A stretch of DNA of 64,000 bases. Origin: Lama glama. Lineage: Eukaryota. The notes beneath the pieces are model-generated. The model did not search any database, was not told where the DNA came from, and saw nothing but the letters and a program-made list of their open reading frames with translations. This document shows, piece by piece, positions 24,126 through 36,905 of the stretch. Every line of letters starts with the position of its first letter. Position 1 is the first letter of the stretch. Position numbers and translations under genes: made by a program. The stretch is taken from the NCBI GenBank assembly GCA_028534125.1, contig CM052817.1:104286001-104350000 (forward strand). The letters run 5' to 3'.

Positions 24126-25519
24126 CCACTTAAATATTCTGTAGTTCAATGAAACTTATGTTTACGTGCAACTGTAGGGTACTCATTTTCATAACTACGA
24201 ATTGGGGCAATCACTTTATCAAATATTTCAAAATTTTCCATCAAGAAGGGCAATCAGAAAGTAACATTTCTAGAGTAAAATTTTTAAATAGTAAGAAATT
24301 ATGATTGTTTCTCTTGTGTTGCGATTTTCATAAACCAAAGGGAGAAGAAATGACTTTTCTGACGTTTCTTGGGCACTAATACCTTTCAAAGATATCTTTA
24401 TAGCTGATGAGTCTGTAAAGTGCAGGTAAATTGTCAAAGCCAGATTATAAATTGCACCACAAAGGCTTCTAAATTACTGGACAATAATCTAGATACATAA
24501 CACCAAGAAAATTAATTAAATAGAGAGTAACATATTTCATGGCATTTTTTTCCCACATCTCCTAAAACCATATTATTTTCCAACTAGTCCATTTTTCATC
24601 ATTTCACATCTGTAAAAGTTTCATGACAAAGCAAAGACTTCTCAGTGATGGATGCGTGGAATGGGCTCAAAACATATCACTTCCTATTTTCAATCACCGA
24701 GCAGAAATAGTTTTACTCATAGGTGGTGGAGCAGAAGCCAGTGCACACCCACAACCTCTGCAGGAAGGGTGAAGAGCCCGTCACACGCCTGGACAGCCAG
24801 GCATGCCTGGCTTTGATAAAGCGCACGTTCGGAAGAGGTGAAGTGGGAATTGGTGGGACCTGATCCAAGTAGTTATTTCACTGAAAACCTGAAATCAGTG
24901 ATTATCTCTTCAAGAGAAAACATTTCAGTGAGGAATAATCAATAAATAAAGCATTTAAATGATGATTCGTGTAAATATGAAGCACGAGGTCAGCATTATA
25001 CTTATTTCTAAATTTCTGTAAAAAGGGAATATATTATCTACACTGACCATAATTTCTTTTTCTCAATTTCTATTGCTGAATCTTTAACTTAATTTTAAAC
25101 ATGTTTTTGGCTCAAAGTGCATTGAGTGTCTTTTATTAAATTTAGAAAACCAAAATACAGTTTTCCTGGAGGCTTAAAATTATTTGATCATCCTTATCAA
25201 TAGTTTCCTATACGTCACATTATCTCAGTGCATTTTAATTACTTCTCCCGATCATTCTGCTTTGTAAATGTTTATGCTCTAGCAGAGATAATGCTGAAAT
25301 TGTTGAGTCAGGATGGAAAACTGTCAACTCAGTTAATTATCTAAGACTAATTTAATGACCCCTGGTGTGGTTTTCAAAACAACAGCAATGGTTTATATTT
25401 GATTAGGAATTTGGTTAAGAAATTGTTTTTGCTGTAAAATTAGAAAAGTAATAGATCTCTTAAATCTCTACTGTCCTAATGTTTACCTTGTATCTTTCAT
25501 TAGATGAAATTCAAGTAGT

Positions 25520-25720
25520 GGACAGAGCAAGGCGTTTAGAACTGATTAGATTTGTGTGCAGATGCTTGTTTTGCCATTTACCAACTTCCTCATCCAGGGA
25601 CCAACTGGTTTCAGACTCTCCGACATTCAGTGTCTTCATCTGTAACAGGAGGGTAATGATGCCTTTCTTACTGGGTAGCTGTGAGACAGTGAGGTGCACA
25701 AAGCAACAGGCAATGCACTC
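25520..25720 (+). mobile_element. MIR fragment
   Basis: ttcagtgtcttcatctgtaacaggagggtaatgatgcct...gggtagctgtgag. Confidence 0.65.
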
Positions 25721-25883
25721 AGCATCATCATTGTTTTTGGTTTTTCTTTCCTGACACAACCTTGACATGAGAGCACTTCTGGAGGTCTGGGTTAGTGTGG
25801 CTATGTGAAGGAGATTCTTCATCTGTTCTCTTACTTCTCTGATTTTTGCTGGTCTAAAATTCTATCACTTTTGTAAGTGACAC

Positions 25884-26526
25884 TGTGGCCAGGGATTAGG
25901 TTCTTGTCACACTGCAGAAAGAATTCAGAGACAAGACATGGAGGTTGAGAAAGCAAAGTGAGAATTTATTAAGGGATGGATAGTACACTCTCAAGGGGAG
26001 AGCAGGCAGACCCAGGTGAGCAGCTGCCCTGAGTTTCTTTGGCAAGTTGGTTACATAGGGTGTAAAAATGAATGGGCAGACTGTTCATTTGGAAGGCAAG
26101 GGTTTGGAGTCACATTTCCTTATTTTCATCCCAACTCCACCTTCTCGAAGTGAGAAGGGATTTTTGTCCTTATTTAGTCTGGATTGGAAGTGTCATGACA
26201 TCAGTGCATAATGGGGACTTCTAATCTGCAAAACTCATTTGGTTGTAATGAGGGCATAATGAGCAAAAGGTTACGCACAGACACTGGAGATTCATGCCTT
26301 TACCACTTTTCTTTTTGGGCCTCCAGGCCACGTGTCACCCCCAAATGTGTGATCTCTCATCAGTCTGGAGGTTCCTGCTTTCTTTTTCTGCCCAGGGACC
26401 CCTGGTGCTTACATGACGTAGGGTTTCCTGCCATTTGGCCCATTCCTCTCCTTTCTGTCCAATTCCTGTCATTTTGCCTGTGTCCCTCTTTCTCTGCTCA
26501 TATCTAGCTGTCTGCCTGCTCTAACA
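25884..26526 (-). mobile_element. ERV (probably class I) solo LTR, ~640 bp
   Basis: TGT...ACA termini and an antisense polyA signal (tttatt near 25965). The 4-bp flanks acac/atat are only an imperfect TSD. Confidence 0.75.
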
Positions 26527-26647
26527 ATATGGGTACAGGTGGCCTAGGACCAAAGAAAATAAAGGGAGACTATTTGTGTTGGTGGCACCATTGATATAAC
26601 AGCAGATGAAGAAGAGGAGAGGACCAAAGGTAGTTAAGACTTAGAGT

Positions 26648-26797
26648 TCATAGTTTCTACACTCAGATCCAGGAGTTCAGGGCACTACAAATCTCCTGAT
26701 GTTTTCTGTAAAATTATATGTGCAGTATAGTTTTCTGGAGGAAGGAGTCATCATATTCTCAATAACATCTATGACCTCCAGACCTCAAATCACTGGC
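26648..26797. mobile_element. hAT-Charlie MITE (MER103C-like)
   Basis: gtaaaattatatgtgca...ttttctggaggaagg...tattctcaa...tatgacc...aatcactg resembles MER103C, recalled from memory. Confidence 0.55.
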
Positions 26798-27899
26798 TTA
26801 AAACCTAGTACCTCTTCTTTGTTTGCCTTACCATTCAAATAACTGGCAAATAAATAGATCTCAGAGGTGCTTTTAATACCTACTCTTGTATTTTCCCAGT
26901 TGGGTATGCCTGTTGCTGAAAGGAGAAAGAGTTACAGACCAGGTGACTTTCAGAATGAAAGTCAGCAAGAAGGAGTGGCCTCCTTTGTGAAAAATAGTCA
27001 TGTGGTCTGTGCACCGCATGGAGGTTCACGAGAAGGAATGCAAGCCTTTTGTTTCTATGGTTACATACTCCTTTCGATTCCAAACTTAGAAATCCAACAG
27101 CAAATGATATGTTAAGAAACTGAACGTTGAAGACATGGCTAAGAAACAACAACAAAAAAAACAGGATAGATGAAAAGTAATTAGGTCTTTGCAGAGCAGA
27201 AAAAAATCATGCAAAGTTGTGCTTTTATTAATTTTATCTAATGGCATTATCTCAGAAGTCTACTGATTTCCTTGCATGTCTGCTGCCAGTGGCTGAATGA
27301 GTGAGAAGATGAAGTTATAGAGGGAAGTTTGTTCTGAAAGGGGCTTCTGTTCTGTGACACCAGAGTCACGGATGATGCTTTCTCAAGATGGGATTGGAAT
27401 TGGGTAGTTTCTCCAGGACCATGGCAATAAGTGAGAGATTTAGACTTTGAAGCCACAATTTTCCACCTTTATAGTCTTTTGTTTCACAAAGGACAGCTTT
27501 TCCTTGATTTGTGGAACCAGTCATTTCTCAGTTGAATTGGGAAAGGAATGACAAATTTGGGAGAACCTAAAAACTAATTAAGGTAGCCATTTCTCAATCC
27601 TGCTAACAAAATTTTCATGATTCATTTATTGCTTAGCTTCTTTGAACTTTAAAATTTTTGTCCCACAGTATTTTTGATCTGCCTCATAGTGTTGGTGATC
27701 TAATTTGCCACAAATTTATCATCCTGAGTGATTAAAATTATTTATATTTAATATTATTCCACAAATATTCATTGAATGCTACTATTACCAACCCTGTTGG
27801 TCAGACCTGATTCTTGACCTCATGGTCTAGCTAGAGAAATAGCCATTAATTAAATAATCAAACCCACACATAAAATGTAAAATACTAGAAAGGAGTGGT

Positions 27900-28356
27900 A
27901 ATTGAGAAGAATAAAATAATACCATTTGCAGTAACATGCATGGAGCTAGAGATTGTTGTTTTAAGTGAAATAAGTCAGACAGAGAAAGACAAATATTACA
28001 TGATATCATTATATTTGGAATCTAAAAAAATGGCACAAATGAACTTATTTACAAAACAGAAACAGACTCGTAGACATAGAAGACAAATGTAGGGTTACCA
28101 AAGGGGAAAGAGAGGTGATGGGATAAACTGGGAGTTTGGGATCAACAAATACACACTACTGTATATAAAATAGATAAACAACAAAGACCTACTATATAGC
28201 ACAGGGAACTGTATTTATTATCTTGTAATAACCTACAGTGGAAAAGAACCTGAAAAATAATCGATATATATACATATATATAACTGAATCACTTTGCTAT
28301 ATACTTGAAACTAACACAACATGTAAATCAAGTATACTTCAGTTTTTAAAAAAAAG
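27900..28356 (+). mobile_element. 5'-truncated L1 3' end
   Basis: ORF2 C-terminal remnant (KNKIIPFAVTCMELEIVVLSEISQTEKDKY), followed by 3'UTR and an A-tail. Confidence 0.92.
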
Positions 28357-30077
28357 AGGTAAAAGTGCATATAATTAGAAAACAAGACTGTCTTGAAGAA
28401 GTGACGTGCGTTAAGAGCTGAAGGATTAAAGTTAATTAAACTAGAAGGGAGGGAAGTGTGTACCCCAGTCAGGGACCCGTGTGCAAGCACCACTGATAAC
28501 AGAGACTCGGGGTGAATGTGAAGACCAGGAGGGCCAGTGAGACTGGAGCAGAAAGAGCTATCAGGAGTGGTCCATGAGGAAGCTGGAGGTAGGGGCAGGG
28601 CCATGCTGGACCCAGCAGGCTGGGTTGATGAGCTTCCTTTTTATATTAAAAGCAATACAGAATGTTAAGTACGTAGATGCTATGATTATATTCTGTTTTC
28701 ATTTTAAGCTTCTCCTGCGGTATAAATAGAATAAAGTGGGAGAAGAAGAGAAATGGACAGAACGCTTGGGAGATGATTTCAGTAACCCAGGAAAGAGATG
28801 ATGATAGCATGGACTAGAATTCGTGGGAGGTGCTATTTAGGGATAGAGAGAAGTGGATGTGAAGGAAATTTGTAAAGTCAGCTCGACAGGATTTAGTGAG
28901 GGATTGAATGTGGAATGAAGAGAGATGCAAAAGCATCTTAGACTTCCAGCCAGCATAATTTGGTGACTGGTTTACTGTCATTAGCAATAAAGAGCACTGG
29001 AACAGATGCAGGTTTGGTAAACGGTGAGGAAGGTAGTAAAACTGGCGATAGGCATTATGAGTTTGCATATTCAAAGTAGGATGTCAGCTGACTTCGAATC
29101 ACTTATTTGCAGAGTAAAGACTGGTCTTAGAGAGATGTATTTGTGTGTCATTGAATCTGTGAGCATGTGAGTGCCATTCCCAGGGAGAAAGGATAAAAAG
29201 AGAAAACTAGGGCCCCAAACAGAGCTGGGAAGTTCTCATGTTAATGGCAAGGTGGAGAAGGGTGGCCTTTAAAGGAGGCAGAGAAGAGAGCTGGAGAGGT
29301 GTTTCAGCCCGGAGGGGGCTGTGACATGGAGGCTTGTGAAAGGGAGAGCTTCAAAAGGACAACTGGGGTCAGATTATAGATCGCTGCTGAGAAGGCAGAT
29401 TAGGAAAGTAAAAAGTGTCCACTGCCTTTGAGGACGCAAACGCCAGCATTGACCTTACCAAGCGCTGTTTGGCGTAGCCTGGGGAGTAAGTGGGGGTGAG
29501 AATACAAAGGCAGCGGATACAGATAACCCTTTGGGAAACTTGGCTGTGAAGGAGAGAGGGCATTCACTAGGACAACAAGGAGTCAAGATTCCTTTTTTTT
29601 TTTTTAAATTTTCTGTTTAGATACATTTTCTTTTTTTGGTTGCACAGACTTGTGATGATTTGGAGAGGTAGAAGGTTATCGGAGGTTGAATTGGGACTCA
29701 AAACATTTTGAGATGGTTGTGGTGAGTTGGGCAGGAGGATTTTAGAGCAATAGCAAGGCTGACAGGAGTTGTTTCAGGCCGTTTGAGTTTGGTGACTAAT
29801 TGATGGTGGATTGAACGTGATCTGTTGTGAAACTCTCAAGCAGCGCTCAGCTGCTCGGGGGAAGCCATCGAGAACTCAGATGTGCAGGGGTTTCATTGCG
29901 GCTAGTGGTTCTCTCATCCACGTGTGATGAAAAAAAAAATAGAGAGGCTGCGATACCAGAAAGTGTATTATTAAAATGTAAACTACAGATTATCAACTGG
30001 ATAATGAGAGAAGTAAAGGATGCAAAGAGGATAAAGGACTGAGATGTCCAAGAGTGGTTTAAAAATGATTGTAGTGG

Positions 30078-30224
30078 TGAGGGTCTGGATGTAGCTCAGG
30101 GCGTAGAGCATGTGCTTGGCATGCATGAGGTCCTGGGTTCAATCCCCAGTACCTCTATTAAAATAAACAGACAAACAAACAAAAAAAAACCCACTAAAGG
30201 TAAAAAAGAAAGCAAAAAAATTTT
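30078..30224 (+). mobile_element. tRNA-Ala-derived SINE (variant head, simple A-rich tail)
   Basis: gatgtagctcag...gaggtcctgggttcaatccccagtacctc. TSD aaatgattgta(g/c)tgg at 30063-30077 and 30225-30239. Confidence 0.92.
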
Positions 30225-30867
30225 AAATGATTGTACTGGGTACAGTTGAATCATAAAGGTGGATTTGAAAGTGTGTTCATTAGAGGTGATCGCTAGTCCC
30301 AGCTGCAACTCAGAGTGATGGTTGGAGTGCAAAGGTAGAGGAGAGCATTGGGGACAAGGAGCCCACTGTGATGGTGGATCATTGGGGTGAATGTTGTCAT
30401 CAGACAGATAACTAGCAGACTCTGGGCCTGGAAAGAAGACTGTGAGCCTGGTGCCAGAGTCTTCAATGAAAGAGGGAATGTGAGCAGGATGTCTGCAGAC
30501 CACAACAGCGAGAAAGTGATGAGCGTGATAGCACGAGCTTCAAAAAGAGAAGCAGCTGTCTGGGAGCTCTAAGCGAGAGGAAGAAGAATGTCAACTTCTC
30601 TTCTTGACTGTGAAGTTCATGGGATGGTGAGAAAGTAGCCAACACTGAAAAACTGGTGTCTTCAGAGGCAAACTAGAATTCAGTTCAGATGTGTGGAGAG
30701 GACACGGGGGACTTTGCAGGTTTTGGAGTGACATTTACAAGGGGGTGATATGGGGGGATTCAGGAGGGATTAAAGGCTGAGTTGGGGACAATAAAAGCCA
30801 GAACAATATGGGAATGAGGTACTTGATTTGAAATGTTCCAGTTTTATCAAGAGAGATCAGAAAAGCA

Positions 30868-30994
30868 GGGAGGGTATAGCCCAGTGGTAGAGTGCACTGT
30901 TTAACATGCACGAGTTCCTGGGTTCAATCCCCAGTGCCTCCCTTTAAAAATAATAATAAATAAATAAACTGAATTATCCCCTCCCCCAAAAAAT
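30868..30994 (+). mobile_element. Camelid SINE (Vic-1-like)
   Basis: gggagggtatagcccagtggtagag...gggttcaatccccag. Imperfect TSD agagatcagaaaag/agacatcagcaaag. Confidence 0.92.
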
Positions 30995-31786
30995 AGACAT
31001 CAGCAAAGAATTTCCTAGCCAAAAGTAAAAATTAATTCACCCTGATTTAAAAATAAATATTACAAACATGCATTCCTTACATCTGCTAGGAGTCATGAAA
31101 CATGGGCAAAAGGATATTGTGCAAAATCTCATAGGATCAACAAGAGGGAGAATCTTTTATTTATCCCTTAAAAAGGAAGCAAGTTAAAACATAATAATGA
31201 AATGAGTAAGTGAAGCAATTTAGGACAAACTAAAAGACGTAATAATTTCATTGTAGGTACCTTCCAAGTGGTTTCAAAAAGTGTATAAATTCTTCACAGA
31301 AATGGCGCCAAATCCTGATGGATATGTAAATTGTCATGTTAATTCACCTGAGTATACACTCCACTCGGGTGCCATCCTGTTGGACTTAAGACGTATTCAT
31401 GTGTGCAGCAGGCAGGAAACACGGCTTATAATTGTATGAAACTGGCTCCTTTTAAAGAGCAAAGAGATCTAGCCATGGCAGCCCACTTTTACGCCAGGGA
31501 AAGATGATGTGGTTCTGAAACGTGTAAGACAGATGAAACAGGAGGGAGCCAGAGCTGAAGCGTTACACAGGGAACAATGGGATACCTGGTGGACACGTGC
31601 TTTTCTTGTCATTTTGAGTGAGTTGTAATCGTTAAAGACACTGGGGACTAGGAGGCATTGTCTTTCACCTTATGACTATTTCCAAAGCATTCTACCATCC
31701 ATAATGCAACTAATGTAAGATTGCTGAGAAAGTAACGGGGAAAAGCCGAAGCGTGGAAGAGGAGACAGTGAAGAGGTTTGGGGGTG

Positions 31787-31915
31787 GGGGAGGGTAGAGC
31801 TCAGTGGTAGAGCACCAGCTTAGCATGCACAAGGTCCTGGGTTCAATCCCCAGTGCTTCCTGCCACTTAAAATTAAAAAAATAAAAAATAGGAAGAAAGA
31901 AATGAAAGGAAAAAA
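31787..31915 (+). mobile_element. Camelid SINE, first of a tandem pair
   Basis: ggggagggtagagctcagtggtagagc...gggttcaatccccag plus an A-rich tail. Confidence 0.9.
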
Positions 31916-31922
31916 AGATGAT

Positions 31923-32050
31923 GAGGGTAATGTTCAGTGGTAGAGTATATGCTTAGCATGCACAAAGTCGTGGGTTCAATCCCCAGGACCTCCGTTAAAA
32001 AAAATAAATAAGTAAACCTAGCTACCTACCCCAATCAAAAAAAAAAAAAA
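31923..32050 (+). mobile_element. Camelid SINE, second of a tandem pair
   Basis: gagggtaatgttcagtggtagag...gggttcaatcccc...aaataagtaaacctagctacct plus poly-A. Confidence 0.9.
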
Positions 32051-32094
32051 TTGAGGAGTCAAGAAGGATTGTCATAGTCTGTTTTCACCACTTG

Positions 32095-32505
32095 GTAGCG
32101 TTGGGTCTTGACCAGGTTAGTTAAGTCGTCTGAACTTCAGTTTCCTCATCTGTAAAATGCAGATCGATAGTCACAGCTACTGGGAGCTCTCTGCGCAGGT
32201 CAAGTGAGGTGATGAGGACAGGGTGTGACCAGTGCCTGGGGCACAGGACCCACTCCGGGCTTCTCACGGAGGCCGTGTACTGTCATCACCGAGCCTGGGC
32301 TTGGAAACCAGCCCACCGGCTTCAGACCCCAACTCTGCTGCTTCCTCGCTGTATGATTTGGGGCAAGTCACTTACCCTCAGTGTCCTCATCTGTAAATGG
32401 AGATGGTAACACCACTTATCCCAAAGGGCTGTCGTCAGAACTAAATAAACTCTGCTTCTTTGAACACAGCCTGACACGTCATTAAGTATCCAATAAATAT
32501 TTATT
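32095..32505 (+). mobile_element. Two adjacent MIR fragments
   Basis: cttcagtttcctcatctgtaaaatg (~32135) and gggcaagtcacttaccctcagtgtcctcatctgtaaatgg (~32360). Confidence 0.8.
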
Positions 32506-33419
32506 TGTAAAAATATATTATCATTAATTACAGAATCGTATTAACTAATAAGAAATGATCATTAATGGTATCATTAAGGGCTTCTTGTTAGGGCATCCAG
32601 TCAAAATGGGGGAAATGTCTGAAGATAATGAGTTTTCGTTGAAGCACAAGATTTTTTTTTTTTAATTGCACTGAAGTGTATTTTCACTCATCTGACGTGG
32701 CCGGTATGCTTTTTTTGAAAATCAGTGTAATTCACGGCAATTATCTGCTGACAAGTGCGGAGAGCTGTCTCAGACGTGATCTCCTGCTTATTGATCAGCC
32801 TTGGGTTTTACTCCCTTTTCTCAGCCGGTTTCCAGCGCCTTCGCAGCAGTTTACGTGTAATTACACACATCTGGTCCCACTGACATCCCCTTCGTTTTAC
32901 TGTGTCACTGCTGGAGCTCTCGACATTCTTTGTAGAAGCACCATTTTATTGTTCATTTAGCAGAAATGAGGCAACTCCGAGAGCAGTGTGGTTGCTGTGA
33001 AATAAGTAATTTCTGGCAACCCCTAGAGATGCCGTTTACTCCTTTGGTAAATACGTACGTGTGCGTTTCCCTGAAACGTATTACCTGGAGATGGTATTTA
33101 CTTTTTTCCAGCCATAGAAAGGGAAAGTGAAAGGAGTTAAGAGGACTGAAGAAAGATGTTTGCTGTTGTAATCTTCTTTTGGTTGGCTCATTTCCCCACA
33201 TTTCTGCATTCGTTGTTAAGAGCTAGTACTTTTCTGGAAGGTCTCTTTATGTGATGTTCCCGTATTTTACACAGCCTGCACAGATCAGGCATTAAAACTG
33301 TGAAGATTATTAGAAGACTGTGATAGCCCTAAATCTTTTGGCATCTTTGGAGAAAAGTCTTACTGTGCAGAGTAATAAAAGCACAGAAAGGTAGATGGTG
33401 GCACACCGCAAAGAAAGTG

Positions 33420-33600
33420 GGTCTTGAGTCTGGTGTTGGATCTTCCATCGGACGGCCATGGAGTCATCATGGAGGTATTTCATGTCCCTGAGCCTCTCTG
33501 TACAGTAGGACTAATAGTACTGATCAAGGTGTGCTGTGAAGATTTCATGCAATCGTGCGGATAATGCAGCCAGTACCAGGCATTCCCCGTAATCGATGTC
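33420..33600 (+). mobile_element. MIR fragment
   Basis: tccctgagcctc...aatagtac...tgctgtgaagattt. Confidence 0.5.
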
Positions 33601-35114
33601 CTGTTCAGTTTCTTCCTTTCTTTATCAAGAAGAAAATATAGCACAGTTTTCTAGATCTGTCACAAAAGAAGTTTCCTTCAAAACTGCAGTGTGGTTACTC
33701 TGGTATTAAAGGAATAAAAACTCAGACCATTTTATGGATACATATGTACCTCGCCACTAGGATCTTTGGGAGTTCTAAAACTCTTTGCTTAAATGGAAAA
33801 CTTGTGAGGACATGTTACGATAAGAATAAAATAATTCAAGCTTTTTCTTTTTCTTGTTTAAAATGTGTTCATGTAAGATTTCAGGTAGAATGCCAATTTG
33901 AACATTATAATAATGTCACCCTTACTACTGTGTTCTGGACAAACAAGCCAAACATAACAAGAAAATTCTTTGTTCGTGAGTATATCTGGTTAACCACTGT
34001 GACCTGCTCATTCTGTCTTAACTTTTCAAAAATGATGCTGACCATTTTCTAGCACAAACACATAATTTCAGACCCAGTAGAAAAGAATCATCAAATTTTC
34101 AAACTTCTACAAATGCATTCTTTATAATAAATAATTCTAAACAGAAAGCTACTGACATTTTGTGATACTATCAAATTTTAAAATTATTTTAACTTGTTTA
34201 TATAAGTCCAGCATCTCACAATCCCTTAGTGTTTGTTGATAGTTTTTGCACAGACCAGAAAACTAAAATAGAAAGAAAATACGTGATTTGCCTAAAGTCA
34301 CGTGACAAATAAGCTTTTCAACCAGAAATAATACATTTTCTGACTTTCAGTCCATCTCAGTTTCCATTATATGGTACTGCAAAGCTCCCCCCCCGCCCCA
34401 AAATAATGTGGTTATGGTAAACAATTTTCTAGTCATGTTAAAATGCTTTTTCAAATATGTTACTTATTGGCTTCTAGGATGTATGATATTTGCAATTAAT
34501 CTAGTCATTTTATAGGTTTATTTTAGAATGAAACTGCATAATAAAGTAATCAGAGTCTTGTATATAACAAAATTAAATGAGTGAAAGTAATTTATATATT
34601 AAAATATGAGCAGATATAATGCAATTTCAGTTTTTGTTCCTTAATCTCTTTATAAAGCTTAGTTGACTACAGAAGCTTTGTGGAAGTCATATCTACATAA
34701 TATTCTAGTACGGTGTTCTGGTTGGGTTAACAGTAACGCATCTGTGCGTTGTCCTTAGAAGTCTGTGACTGGGATAGTCTCATGAATAATAATGCTTATT
34801 TAGAGATGATCAGCCATGATGATAAAGGACTTCAGCAGAATTGAAGCAAGATATCAACTAACATGCAAAAAACCTGAGCTAGGAGTCCATGTTTTCGTGT
34901 CAGACATACATGGTTTGAACTGCAGCTCCTTCACTGACGACTGCTATAATGGGAGCTGTGAGGGTTGCTTAACCACTCTGGTTCTTGGATGCCTCTTCTT
35001 TAAATTCCATCCAAAAAGTGACGCAGTAGCAAGCACATGGGCTAGAAGTCAGCCTGACGGTGATTAAGACCCAAATCTATCAATGACCAGTCCGATAACT
35101 TCCAGCATGTGATG

Positions 35115-35400
35115 AGTCCACATTCCCAAATCCACAGAGCTCTGAAATCCCAATGGTTTTTATAGCTCTCATTACACCACCACCCCTCCTGAGCTGACGT
35201 GAGCTATTTATAATCTTTACTTACCTCATTTAGTGGGGAGAGTCTATGTTTTCTGGTCTCACCCTATATTCTATTGTGATGTTGTACAATCCATGGTTCA
35301 TGTACCATGTGACCTTCTCAAAACAATCATAATAATAAAAACTCTGAATTTCAAAGCTCACTCAGTTCGGAAAGGTTTTAATCAGACACCGTGGACCTAT
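35115..35400. mobile_element. Ancient TcMar-Tigger-type MITE (family name uncertain)
   Basis: gtccaca at the left and gtggacct at the right form short TIRs. Internal aaatccacagagctctgaaa, gctatttataatcttta and tctgaatttcaaa resemble an old Tigger-like MITE. Confidence 0.5.
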
Positions 35401-36602
35401 GTCCAACATCTTGAAGCCTCAGCTTCCTCGTCTGTGATGAGGGTGCCAACCACAGCTGAGTCACTAAGTCATTGTGGAGATTACACGGCCGGTGCCACGG
35501 GAACACAGTGCGTGGTCGGTTGTTAAGTGCTGAATCAGCAAGAATCATGGTCATCACATTAGAACTCTCCCAGGGCCTCAGACTGCCGGGTCCTTTGTAA
35601 CACGTTTTCTAGGTTTGGCCTTCATCTGTAATTGAATCTATTTTCTCCTCCCATCAAAGTCTTGCAACCAAGGCATCAGAAATTTGATTCTTCTCTTTAC
35701 CCACTCCCTCTCCATTTTGATTTTCTGAAGCCTGAAAATATTTAGGAACTTTTTTTTTTTTGGTGACAATTTGGGACTCTCCAAAATAGCCTGTTTAGTG
35801 GGTTGAAAATCTTAAATCTTGGGCCTGTCTAATGCAGATATAATATAATTTGGCAAATGAGCACAGTTTGAAAATGAGACCAAGCACATTCTGAGAGTTT
35901 GAAAAAGTCAAGAAAGGATCAGCTCCAGATTTGACTGGATGAAAAACCCAGGAGAAGAAAAACAGGCAGAATGACAGGTCTTCAGTAACATGGCCCTTGA
36001 GTGCAGGGAAACTTCTTTGAGCTCCCCTAGATGTAACCGAAAAAGCACAAAAACAGCAATTCTTCGTACCCTTCCTTCCACTCCCTGTCACTGACAGTGG
36101 TGCCTGAGTCACTGTTGCTTAAAGACTTAGTCAAGCAAATTCGGTGGTTTTGTGGGTGTTTTTAGGAAGGGGAGTGGAGGAAGATAGCTTCAAAGTGGCT
36201 TCTTAACCATGTGTGAAATTTATAATTGTCAATAGGTCATATTTATATCCTACTTAAATCATGGTAAGTGTTCAAGACATTTCTTTAAAAAAATTCTAAA
36301 TTTCAGATTTATGAAAACAGTAAAACAATCAAAATCTGCTTAGTCATTTTTCATTTCAAATTCAGAAAGTCCTTTGGTCTGTGAATGAATTATCTTTTAA
36401 GAATGAGAACTTCAAATTTTTAATTTTAATCTAGAAAAAAACATTCATACCATCATAGAAATTACTGTCATTTGAATACCGTGCTGAAGCATTTCAGAGA
36501 CCGCCCGGTCATGGGAAACCTGGGAAAGTGTGGGTCACGGAGGCAGAAGTGAATTTCCCCACTGACTTCATGCTCAGGCCCGAGGGAAGCAGTAGAACCT
36601 GA

Positions 36603-36905
36603 TTTTTTTTTCAAGATATATTGAGATATAATTGATATACAAAAAGCAGCCCATGGTTTAATATATATAATTTGGTGAGTTTGGACATGTGTACACACTT
36701 GTATTATCATTACCATGATCAAGGTGATAAACATATTCATTACCTGTAAAAGTTTCCATGTCCTTCTGGGTGTTTTTTTTTTTTAATGCTCAGAACACTT
36801 AATGTGAGATCTACCCTTTTAACACATTTTAAGCTCATTATTAACTCTAAGCATTCGGTTTGATAGCAGGTCTCTGGCACTTACTCATCTGGCATAACTT
36901 TTTAC
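36603..36905 (-). mobile_element. L1MB-like 3' end
   Basis: attgagatataattgatatac...caaggtgataaacatattcat...gaacacttaatgtgagatctaccctttta. Confidence 0.8.

Larger units (their letters stand above)
27750..30790 (-). mobile_element. Long degenerate L2 LINE, interrupted by an L1 and a SINE
   Basis: Starts with an antisense L2 3' end (ttccacaaatattcattgaatgctacta). Purine-rich antisense body (cagtaacccaggaaagagatgatg; gagaagtggatg; acaggatttagtgagggattgaatgtgg). Confidence 0.8.

Noticed and set aside
31787..31860. tRNA-Ala-like sequences here and at 14434, 30078, 30868, 31923, 42056 and 57252
   Set aside because: They have A-rich tails, TSDs in several copies and broken stems, so they are SINE heads rather than tRNA genes.
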